This document shows positions 56,416 to 64,000 of a DNA stretch of 64,000 bases, one piece after another. Position 1 is the stretch's first letter, and each line of letters starts with the position of its first letter. Made by a program: the position numbers and the translations under genes. The stretch is from Candidatus Falkowbacteria bacterium (GTDB lineage: Bacteria; Patescibacteriota; Patescibacteriia; Patescibacteriales; Patescibacteriaceae). The notes under the pieces are model-generated. The model saw only the letters and a list, made by a program, of their open reading frames with translations. It had not been told where the DNA came from and ran no database searches. The DNA is taken from the NCBI GenBank assembly GCA_026396835.1, contig JAPLWA010000005.1, positions 7,435 through 71,434 of the forward strand. The letters run 5' to 3'.

Positions 56416-56832
56416 ATGAGCAAAAAGATACTTCTCGTTGTCGGGGGAATCATAATAATCGTTATATTTATTATCGCCTCCTATAATCAAGCGCCAAAAA
56501 CCGTTAAATACAGCAACAACACCGAGACCATGGTCACAAGCTCAAACGTCAGCACTGAAAATGGCAAACAAGTCATTACAATTGACGTAAAGGGTGGTTA
56601 TAGTCCTAAGGTGACCAACGCCAAGGCCAATGTGGCAACAATTATCAGAGCTAAAACGAACAGTACTTTTGATTGTTCGTCTGCCTTGCGGATTCCGGCC
56701 ATTAATTACTCCAAAAACTTGCCACCGAGCGACACAACTGACATTGAAATCCCAAATCAAGCCGCAGGCAGCTCGCTTAAAGGGCTCTGCAGTATGGGAA
56801 TGTATAGTTTTACTATCAATTTTAGCAGCTAA
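56416..56832 (+). CDS. membrane-anchored cupredoxin-like small protein
   Basis: TM anchor, beta-rich sequence, and the C...C..M..M pattern (DCSSAL...GLCSMGMY). Confidence 0.5.
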   Translation: MSKKILLVVGGIIIIVIFIIASYNQAPKTVKYSNNTETMVTSSNVSTENGKQVITIDVKGGYSPKVTNAKANVATIIRAKTNSTFDCSSALRIPAINYSKNLPPSDTTDIEIPNQAAGSSLKGLCSMGMYSFTINFSS

Positions 56833-56847
56833 AACACAGCAGCGAAA

Positions 56848-56875
56848 ACGCCCCTTTAATTAGGGGTGTTTTTTG
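56848..56875 (+). terminator. intrinsic terminator after the cop cluster
   Basis: ACGCCCCT TTAATT AGGGGTGT followed by TTTTT. Confidence 0.8.
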
Positions 56876-56993
56876 TCCAAAATGTTTTTAGAAAGGTCAA
56901 AATATAGCTTGAATTTACTTAAGAAAAAAATCAACAATACTGTCATTGAAAAAACCTAAGAAAAATAAGGGAAAAAATCGGTCATTTTTCAAA

Positions 56994-57009
56994 ACACCAT
57001 ATATTGGGC
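56994..57009. promoter_or_regulatory. putative NrdR box 1
   Basis: ACACCATATATTGGGC versus the recalled NrdR-box consensus acaCwAtATaTwGtgt. Confidence 0.5.
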
Positions 57010-57025
57010 AGAGAAAAAGCTGCTG

Positions 57026-57041
57026 CCACTAGATATAGCGG
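57026..57041. promoter_or_regulatory. putative NrdR box 2
   Basis: CCACTAGATATAGCGG. Its start is 32 bp (about three helical turns) from box 1, which is the typical tandem arrangement. Confidence 0.5.
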
Positions 57042-57152
57042 TCATAGCTATGAATAAAAATTAAACAATGGTCAAGCAAGCTGACTTATCCACTTCTAGT
57101 TTCACAAAATCAATGCTATATTTATGAGGCTATAAATAATAATTTTACCCCT

Positions 57153-59405
57153 ATGCTTCACCCCTTCACCCAGGTCCAAAAAAGAGACGGCACACTTGTC
57201 GAATTTGATCCCAATAGAATTGAAAGTGCAGTTTTAAAAGGTTTAGAAGAAGCCTCTGAAGGTGGTAAAGATGAAGCGCGTACAATTGCGCGCGCGGTTG
57301 CAAAAAATTTAAAGACTTTAGCAAGAAAAAATAAATTTCATAACAACATTCCTGCGGTTGAGCAAATTCAGGACATTGTTGAAATAGAATTAATGCGCGA
57401 AGGTTTTACTAAGACCGCCAAAGCTTACATTTTATATCGCAATGAACGAGCTAAGATACGACGCACTGCTCGACCAGTACCTGAGGCCGTTAAAGCGGTT
57501 ATAAATGACAGTAGTAAGTATTTTAGAAGTTCATATTCTGAATTTATTTTCTATCAAATGTATAGTCGCTGGGTTCCGGAACTAGAACGCCGCGAAACTT
57601 GGACTGAGACTGTTAGACGCTACATTGATTTCATGCGCGAGAAGCTTGGTAAAAAAATTACTGACGAAGAATACAATGATTTAGAACAAGCTATTTTAAA
57701 TCAAGATGTTTGTCCTTCAATGAGATTGCTATGGTCTGCAGGACTAGCTGCAAAAAATTCAAATGTTTGGGCTTACAACTGTTCTTACATCGCGCCGTCT
57801 TGTTTTCAAGACTTAGGTGAAATAATGTACATCTTAATGTGCGGCGCCGGTCTTGGTTTTTCAGTTGAGTCAGAAGCGGTTCAAGAATTTCCACAAATCA
57901 AAAGACAGAGCAAAGAAAAATTAGAAACTCATGTTGTTGAAGATTCAAAAGAAGGTTGGGCTGATGCTTTTGTTTTAGGTATGAAATCTTGGGCCGATGG
58001 AAAAGATATTGAATTTGATTATTCTCGCATTCGTCCAGCTGGTGCACGTTTGAAAACAGCTGGTGGTCGCGCTAGCGGTCCTCAGCCTTTAATTGATTTA
58101 ATGCGCTTTGCTCGCGCTAAAGTTTTAGCTCGTCAGGGCCGTCGTTTAACCAACATTGACCTACATGACATTATCTGCCAAATCGGCTTAATTGTCGTAG
58201 CTGGTGGCGTTAGGCGCAGTGCTCTAATCTCCTTGTCTGATCTAGATGATACAGAGATGCGCGACGCTAAAAAAGGCCAATTCTACTTAACTGAAGGTCA
58301 GCGCGTTATGGCTAATAATTCAGTAGTTTATAACGAAAAACCATCAGCCGAAGAGTTTTTGGATGAATGGACAGCTTTAGTAAAATCAAAGTCTGGTGAA
58401 CGCGGCATCTTCAACCGCGGCGGTTTAGAAAAGCAATTACCAGCTCGTCGTTGGGAAAAACTAAAGGACCAAAAGTTAATTGGTCTAAATCCATGTGGCG
58501 AAATTTATTTGCGTTCTAAACAATTTTGTAATTTAACCAGTATTGTTATTCGCCCTGATGACACTAAAGAAACTTTGAAGAAAAAAATGGCTCAAGCCAC
58601 AATCTTAGGAACTTATCAATCAACCTTAACTGACTTTGGTTATCTTTCAAGTGGCTGGAAGAAAAACTGTGATGAAGAAAGATTACTCGGCGTTTCTCTA
58701 ACTGGTTACTATGACAATGAAGTAATTAGAAATGATGATGTACTTGATATGTTGCGCGAAGAAGGTATTAGAGTTAATAAAGAATATGCCAAGCGCTTAG
58801 ACATCAATCAATCAACTGCTATTACTTGCGTTAAGCCACACGGTAACTCAGGACAATTACTTGGCGTTGGTTCTGGTATGCATCCTTGGTTCTCACCATA
58901 CTTTATTCGTCGTGTTCGTATTTCTCACACTGATCCATTATTGCAATTTGCTCGTGAACAAGGTGTGCCATGTTTACCTGAAGTTGGACAAGCCGTTGAA
59001 TCAGCTACCACTTTTGTTTTGGAATTCCCAGTCAAGGCTCCAGAGAAAGCAATCTTTAAAGAAAATGTTTCTGCTATTGAATTATTAATTGAGTGGCAAA
59101 GACTAAAACAACACTTTGTTGAACACAATCCATCAGCTACTATTTATGTTGGACCAAACGAATGGTTAGAAGTTGCTAACTTTGTCTATCAAAATTGGGA
59201 TTGGGTTGGTGGTCTATCGTTCTTACCTCGTAGCGATCATGTCTACCAATTAGCGCCCTATGAAGCAATTGATCAAACCGAATATGAACGTCGCAAAGCA
59301 CAACTAAGCAAACTAGACTTCTCTAATCTTATTCAGTACGAAGCTGGAGACACCACTACTGGCAGCAAAGAATTTGCTTGCGTATCTGGAGCTTGTGAAA
59401 TTTAA
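57153..59405 (+). CDS. nrdJ: class II (adenosylcobalamin-dependent) ribonucleotide reductase with N-terminal ATP-cone
   Basis: ATP-cone VQKRDGTLVEFDPNRI, active site GLNPCGEI...CNL, and a C-terminal CxxC tail (CVSGACEI). Confidence 0.9.
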   Translation: MLHPFTQVQKRDGTLVEFDPNRIESAVLKGLEEASEGGKDEARTIARAVAKNLKTLARKNKFHNNIPAVEQIQDIVEIELMREGFTKTAKAYILYRNERAKIRRTARPVPEAVKAVINDSSKYFRSSYSEFIFYQMYSRWVPELERRETWTETVRRYIDFMREKLGKKITDEEYNDLEQAILNQDVCPSMRLLWSAGLAAKNSNVWAYNCSYIAPSCFQDLGEIMYILMCGAGLGFSVESEAVQEFPQIKRQSKEKLETHVVEDSKEGWADAFVLGMKSWADGKDIEFDYSRIRPAGARLKTAGGRASGPQPLIDLMRFARAKVLARQGRRLTNIDLHDIICQIGLIVVAGGVRRSALISLSDLDDTEMRDAKKGQFYLTEGQRVMANNSVVYNEKPSAEEFLDEWTALVKSKSGERGIFNRGGLEKQLPARRWEKLKDQKLIGLNPCGEIYLRSKQFCNLTSIVIRPDDTKETLKKKMAQATILGTYQSTLTDFGYLSSGWKKNCDEERLLGVSLTGYYDNEVIRNDDVLDMLREEGIRVNKEYAKRLDINQSTAITCVKPHGNSGQLLGVGSGMHPWFSPYFIRRVRISHTDPLLQFAREQGVPCLPEVGQAVESATTFVLEFPVKAPEKAIFKENVSAIELLIEWQRLKQHFVEHNPSATIYVGPNEWLEVANFVYQNWDWVGGLSFLPRSDHVYQLAPYEAIDQTEYERRKAQLSKLDFSNLIQYEAGDTTTGSKEFACVSGACEI

Positions 59406-59412
59406 TTGTAAT

Positions 59413-59961
59413 ATGTTATACACTGGCAAAGGAGATAATGGCACAACCAAAACTCTAAAAACGCCAGAGCGAGTTTTAAAGAGTCATCCTACAATCAAAG
59501 CCCTTGGCGCCGTTGACGAACTCAACGCTTGGTTAGGTTTTTGCCGTGCTAAACTTAACACGCAAACATTACCAACATCTATTTGGCCAACAGTGGCCGA
59601 AGCCTTATTAGTTGTTCAAGAAAATCTATTCATTATTCAAGGCGAACTAGCTGGCGCTGATTTGTTTATCGAAGAAAAGAAAGTTAAAGACTTAGAGCTA
59701 GTAATAAATGAGATAGAAAATATATTGCCGCCAATCAACAGCTTTTTAATTCCAGGACAAAGTGAAAGTAGTGCAATTTGTGATGTTGGCAGAACGATTG
59801 CCCGTCGAGCTGAGGGAATGATTATCGACGCCGCACCAGACACAAGCATCAATGAATTTTCTCTAGCTTACATGAACCGCTTATCAAGCTTATTATATGC
59901 TCTAGCTCGTTATATGAACGAACAGCAAGACATCGCGGAGCAGGCCCCTACTTATAAATAA
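59413..59961 (+). CDS. ATP:cob(I)alamin adenosyltransferase, PduO type
   Basis: MLYTGKGDNGTT... Start moved from the ORF-track 59374 (which overlaps nrdJ) to ATG 59413. Confidence 0.85.
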   Translation: MLYTGKGDNGTTKTLKTPERVLKSHPTIKALGAVDELNAWLGFCRAKLNTQTLPTSIWPTVAEALLVVQENLFIIQGELAGADLFIEEKKVKDLELVINEIENILPPINSFLIPGQSESSAICDVGRTIARRAEGMIIDAAPDTSINEFSLAYMNRLSSLLYALARYMNEQQDIAEQAPTYK

Positions 59962-59966
59962 TATTT

Positions 59967-61088
59967 ATGAAATCAAATTTAGTCCGTTCTATTATTCACG
60001 GCTCTTATCTTTTAATCGCTAAGCCAATTTTATTTCAAATTGACCCTGAAACAGTTCACAATCAAGCCTTAATCATAGGACATTGGTTTGGCGCTAAAAA
60101 TTATCGCCGTAATTTTGTTAAAAACTTATTTAGTTTTGAATCGGTTAGCTTAAAACAAACTATCGCTGGTCTAAATTTTGTAAATCCTGTTGGCTTAGCG
60201 GCTGGCTTTGATAAGAACGGAGTTTTAACAGAAGTTATGGAAGGGCTTGGTTTTGGTTTTACTGAAATTGGTTCAATCACAGGCCGTGCTTGCGCTGGTA
60301 ATGCTAAACCAAGATTGTGGCGTTTTAAAAAATCAAAATCAATTGCCGTTTATTATGGCCTAGCTAACGAAGGAGCAGACAAGGTTGTTGCCCGCGTTAG
60401 TAAGAACAAAATAAATATTCCTTTAGGCATAAACATTGCTAAAACCAATGATCATTTAACCGACGATGTAGATGAAGCTACTAAAGATTATTTAGTTGGT
60501 TGGCACGAAGCAAGCAAAGCCGCTTCTTATATAACCGTCAATATTTCTTGTCCTAATACTTCTGGCGGTCAGCCTTTTATTGATCCGCTTTTATTAGAAA
60601 GATTATTATCAGCCATTGGCAGAGAGAATTCTCAAATGCCGGTCTTTATTAAAATGTCACCAGACTTAGACGAAACTCAGGTTGATAATTTATTAGAAGT
60701 TATTGCTCGCCATAGAATTACTGGTTTAATTTGCTCTAATTTAACTCATGAAAAAACTCATTTAACTAAAGAAGAACAGTTGATGGAAACGAAGGGCGGT
60801 GTTAGTGGCAAAGGCTTAGAAGAAGAAGCCAACAAACTATTAGCCATGATTTATAAAAAAACCAAGGGTCGTTATACCTTGGTTGGTTGTGGCGGAATCT
60901 CTTCGTCCGCTGATGCTTATAAAAAGATCAAATTGGGTGCCTCATTATTGCAGCTTATTACAGGTATGATTTACGAAGGCCCACAATTAATTGGCGAAAT
61001 AAACTACGGTTTAAACAAACTCTTAAAAGCTGATGGCTATAAAAATATTGCCGAGGCTGTTGGCGCAGATATTAAAAGAGGACTCTAG
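59967..61088 (+). CDS. pyrD: dihydroorotate dehydrogenase (quinone), class 2
   Basis: NPVGLAAGFDKNG, NISCPNT, GGVSGKGL, GCGGI. Confidence 0.9.
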   Translation: MKSNLVRSIIHGSYLLIAKPILFQIDPETVHNQALIIGHWFGAKNYRRNFVKNLFSFESVSLKQTIAGLNFVNPVGLAAGFDKNGVLTEVMEGLGFGFTEIGSITGRACAGNAKPRLWRFKKSKSIAVYYGLANEGADKVVARVSKNKINIPLGINIAKTNDHLTDDVDEATKDYLVGWHEASKAASYITVNISCPNTSGGQPFIDPLLLERLLSAIGRENSQMPVFIKMSPDLDETQVDNLLEVIARHRITGLICSNLTHEKTHLTKEEQLMETKGGVSGKGLEEEANKLLAMIYKKTKGRYTLVGCGGISSSADAYKKIKLGASLLQLITGMIYEGPQLIGEINYGLNKLLKADGYKNIAEAVGADIKRGL

Positions 61089-61127
61089 AAAAAATATTCT
61101 AAAGTCCTCGACAATCTCACTTATTTA

Positions 61128-61529
61128 TCAGCTTGCCATTTTTTTATAGGCAAGATACTTGTTATAATTCATATCTTCGTAGACAGGCTCATCATCATCC
61201 AGATTGAACATATCTAAGATATAGCATTCACCGCTGTCGTTACAATAGTCAAAATCAATATACTTCGACCAATCAACGCGTTTATCACGCAGAGTTGAAT
61301 TGGTTTTTGCCGGCTTGTTAGGATTAAGGTCCTTACCAGTGATTGACCTGACATACCTGCCATGACGCTTTTCGAGCTGTTTGGTGCTGAAATGATCCAG
61401 CCTTTGGTCTTGATTGTGTTTTATATTTATAGTGCGTGGATCAACTTCGTCGATTCCCGCCATTATAAAATAATGAAAATAATCAGTGAACTTACTTCTA
61501 CCTCTGAGGCTTGTGATTTTTTTTTCCAA
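61128..61529 (-). CDS. hypothetical protein
   Basis: 133-aa ORF. No motif recognised. Confidence 0.4.
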   Translation of the reverse strand: MEKKITSLRGRSKFTDYFHYFIMAGIDEVDPRTINIKHNQDQRLDHFSTKQLEKRHGRYVRSITGKDLNPNKPAKTNSTLRDKRVDWSKYIDFDYCNDSGECYILDMFNLDDDEPVYEDMNYNKYLAYKKMAS

Positions 61530-61564
61530 GTTAACAACTCCTTATAATTTTAGGTTAATAAAAT

Positions 61565-61921
61565 TTATTTTACTACTTTTGGAAAATATTTTTTCAATAA
61601 CTCAACGTCTTTAAATTCGATGTCCTTTGCAACGGCATCATCTAAAGCGTTTACTTCCATTTTCTGCATATCTAAATCTACAGCGAATCCTATAATAAAG
61701 AAAAGGCCAAAACCTACTAATATAGCGGACCATGCAAAAGGCACTATTGCTCCACTCATGTTCTTGCCAGCAGCAGCGCATAATATCAAGCCCAATCCAG
61801 CTATAACAGCTATAACCAAGCAGAGCGGTCTAAAAAATCTGACAGCCTGAACATGTGGTTCATAATTGCTGCAGATTAAACCTCGGAGAGCGAGGTATTC
61901 AGATTTTATTTTTTCTTCCAC
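61565..61921 (-). CDS. two-helix membrane protein, unknown function
   Basis: 118-aa ORF with two adjacent TM helices. Confidence 0.4.
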   Translation of the reverse strand: MEEKIKSEYLALRGLICSNYEPHVQAVRFFRPLCLVIAVIAGLGLILCAAAGKNMSGAIVPFAWSAILVGFGLFFIIGFAVDLDMQKMEVNALDDAVAKDIEFKDVELLKKYFPKVVK

Positions 61922-61954
61922 CTTTTATTCCTTTCTGAATTTATAATGTTTATA

Positions 61955-62191
61955 TTAATTAATTTTTAGGTTTTCTGACTTTTTAAGAAGGGACAACAGA
62001 ATAATAACCACAATAAATACAATTACTGCGATATTTATATTGAAGGTCCAAAGCAATAAATCAGATTGAACATTAAAACCTTTTAATGTATTGCCGGTGA
62101 TTTCTAAACTTCCATTTATAAATCCCATAATACTTGTTGCGACTAGTGAGATAATAGCTGCAACAAAAATATTTTTAGCTATTCTTTTCAT
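61955..62191 (-). CDS. small two-helix membrane protein
   Basis: The ORF extends to 62278. I prefer the internal start MKRIAKNIFVAAII (ATG 62191), just before the first TM helix. Confidence 0.35.
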   Translation of the reverse strand: MKRIAKNIFVAAIISLVATSIMGFINGSLEITGNTLKGFNVQSDLLLWTFNINIAVIVFIVVIILLSLLKKSENLKIN

Positions 62192-62369
62192 TTTAATGGT
62201 TTTTAAGTTAGTTATCCCTAATCTGCGCCAGATTACGGAAAACCAACCTAATAGAGCCATATTTTTCAAAGATCGCAATTTTGTATTATATCACCTTTAT
62301 TCAATTCTGTCAATATTAAGCACGAAAGCCCTGTTTTAATTGGCATTTTTACTATATAATAGTACTACT

Positions 62370-63071
62370 ATGATACAGGCTAAAGACGTAATAACTGAGG
62401 CTAAGAAAAAAGCTAACAAAGAAAAAACCGCTATTTTAGGGCGATTTTTTAAGACTGGGCCAGGACAATACGGCGCCGGTGACGTTTTTTGGGGCTTAAC
62501 AGTCCCCCAATCAAGAACTATTGCTAAAAAATATAGCGATCTTAGTTTAATTGAAATTAAAAAATTATTAGAATCTCCGGTACATGAAATTCGTTTAATT
62601 GCATTACTGATTTTAGTTGAACAATTTACTAAGGGCGATGTATTAAAGCAAAGAGCCATTACTAATTTTTATCTAAAAAATACTAAATATATCAATAACT
62701 GGGATTTAGTAGATTTAAGCGCTAGCAAAATTCTTGGTAGCTGGTTAATCGACAAAGACACGGCCATACTATATAAACTTATTAAGTCAGATAATCTATG
62801 GGAGCGCCGCATTGCAATTGTGGCAACCTACGCTTTTATAAAAGCTGATAGTTTTAAACACACCCTTTCTTTAGCCGAAAAATTATTAAACGATAAACAT
62901 GATTTAATGCATAAAGCCGCTGGTTGGATGCTTAGAGAAATGGGCAAACGATCAATCAATGACTTAAAGGTATTTTTAAAAAATTATACTCGACGGATGC
63001 CGCGTACAATGTTAAGATATGCTATTGAGAAGTTTCCTGAAATTGAACGACAAAAATATTTAAAAAAATAA
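62370..63071 (+). CDS. DNA alkylation repair protein (AlkD-like HEAT-repeat glycosylase family)
   Basis: RFFKTGPGQYGAGDVFWG, NNWDLVD, LWERRIAIVAT, AAGWMLRE. Start taken at ATG 62370. Confidence 0.75.
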   Translation: MIQAKDVITEAKKKANKEKTAILGRFFKTGPGQYGAGDVFWGLTVPQSRTIAKKYSDLSLIEIKKLLESPVHEIRLIALLILVEQFTKGDVLKQRAITNFYLKNTKYINNWDLVDLSASKILGSWLIDKDTAILYKLIKSDNLWERRIAIVATYAFIKADSFKHTLSLAEKLLNDKHDLMHKAAGWMLREMGKRSINDLKVFLKNYTRRMPRTMLRYAIEKFPEIERQKYLKK

Positions 63072-63082
63072 AATAATATATT

Positions 63083-64000
63083 ATGCATACAAAAATAATA
63101 GCCACACTTGGACCATCATCTAATAAATACGAAATGATGCGCTCGCTAGCTAAAGCGGGCGTTAATATATTCCGCCTTAATTTTTCACATGCTGATGAAA
63201 AACAATTCTTCACCGTTAAAAAGCAGCTAAGTAACATTAAATCGGAAACCGGCTTAACAGTTAAATTAATCCAAGACTTACAAGGCCCTCGTATTCGTAT
63301 CGGCTTACTTAGTCATGAAGTTGAAATGAAGGATGGCGAAACTTATGTTTTTGTTTATGGAAAAAAATCTAGCATTGATAATTTAGAAATACCAATTGAC
63401 CGTAAGAGTTTATTTAATGAAGTAAAAGTTGGTCATCCCTTATTTTTAAGTAATGGCGCCATTGAATTAAAAGTTCTTAAAATCGCTAACAAAAAAATCT
63501 ACGCTCAAGTTGAACGCGGCGGCCTTCTCACTTCTCGTAAAGGCATTAACTTACCAAAAACTAACTTAAAGCAAGGCGGACTAACTCCCAAGGATATTAA
63601 AGACGCTATCTTTGGCGCTAAGCACGGCGTTGATTTTATAGCCCTATCATTTGTGCAATCTAAGGCTGATGTTATTAAGTTAAAAAAACTTTTGCTTAGC
63701 TTAAAACTAAAAACAATGCCGCAAATCATTGCTAAAATTGAACGCGCTACAGCCCTACCTTTAGTTGATGAAATCATTAAAGAAGCCGATGGTATAATGG
63801 TGGCACGCGGTGATCTTGGTATTGAATGCCCTCTAGAAGATTTACCTATAATTCAAAAGAATCTTATTCGTCATGCCCATTGGCATGATAAGCCAGCCAT
63901 AGTGGCCACGGAAATGTTAACTTCAATGATGGAGCACCAAAGGCCGACTCGCGCCGAAGTTGGTGATATTGCCAATGCTATTTTTGATGGCGCTGATGCA
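63083..64000 (+). CDS. pyk: pyruvate kinase, N-terminal 306 codons (continues past window end)
   Basis: Own translation: MHTKIIATLGPSS...GVNIFRLNFSHA...DLQGPRIRIG...MVARGDLGIE. The frame is open to position 64000. Confidence 0.9.
   Translation, partial: MHTKIIATLGPSSNKYEMMRSLAKAGVNIFRLNFSHADEKQFFTVKKQLSNIKSETGLTVKLIQDLQGPRIRIGLLSHEVEMKDGETYVFVYGKKSSIDNLEIPIDRKSLFNEVKVGHPLFLSNGAIELKVLKIANKKIYAQVERGGLLTSRKGINLPKTNLKQGGLTPKDIKDAIFGAKHGVDFIALSFVQSKADVIKLKKLLLSLKLKTMPQIIAKIERATALPLVDEIIKEADGIMVARGDLGIECPLEDLPIIQKNLIRHAHWHDKPAIVATEMLTSMMEHQRPTRAEVGDIANAIFDGADA

Noticed and set aside
57086-57094. A DnaA-box-like 9-mer TTATCCACT upstream of nrdJ, as a possible oriC or a DnaA-regulated promoter.
   Set aside because: It is a single 8/9 match. 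An 8-mer is expected by chance a couple of times in 128 kb of two-strand sequence. There is no cluster of boxes, no DUE context and no dnaA/dnaN nearby.
56880-57152. A cobalamin riboswitch in the nrdJ leader, prompted by GCTGCCACT, which resembles part of the B12 box.
   Set aside because: There is no extended B12-box or conserved helices. B12 riboswitches normally repress B12-independent enzymes, not NrdJ. The same bases fit tandem NrdR boxes better.

Overview
This is a visibly AT-rich, gene-dense bacterial chromosome segment under the standard genetic code, with TAA, TAG and TGA all used as stops. It has almost no Shine-Dalgarno sequences. The gene content suggests a small-genome Patescibacteria/CPR-like organism, which is an inference: type IV pilin-like plus FISUMP-domain proteins, K/E-rich tails on ribosomal proteins, NrdJ, and many small membrane proteins.

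Housekeeping genes:
- Left block: ftsH (partial), rpsA, gyrA, an LCP-family gene, der, cca, pth, pnp, rpsO and a Xer-type recombinase.
- Right block: mgtA, csoR-copA, nrdJ plus a PduO-type adenosyltransferase, pyrD, an alkD-like gene and pyk (partial).

Accessory region (about 22.9-37.5 kb), between the two blocks:
- It starts at tRNA-Arg and tRNA-His, next to the recombinase.
- It opens with an ABC-ATPase + RloB/TOPRIM-like two-gene module, a candidate abortive-infection or defence system.
- A plus-strand array of unrelated small genes follows: SemiSWEET, MazG, SpoT-like HD, an NTase, HIT, a DHCR24-like flavoenzyme and a repeat-PRTase.
- Seven direct copies of a conserved 22-nt box + hairpin + T-tract element punctuate this array. 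I could not assign the element to any known class.

Other sequence-level observations:
- A perfect 55-bp tandem duplication splits a pilin-FISUMP gene.
- A single in-frame TAG interrupts a second FISUMP gene.
- A 1-nt frameshift disrupts a SLOG/TIGR00725-like gene.
- There are two further intergenic repeat families: a GC-rich nested-hairpin TIR element (2 copies) and long AT-rich palindromes (3 copies).
- A long GU-rich hairpin lies between a NYN-domain gene and pnp.
- CopA has a DKTRT phosphorylation motif and a duplicated C-terminal extension.
- Two tRNAs carry C at normally invariant U positions.

All functional calls rest on motif recognition by eye. No searches were run.
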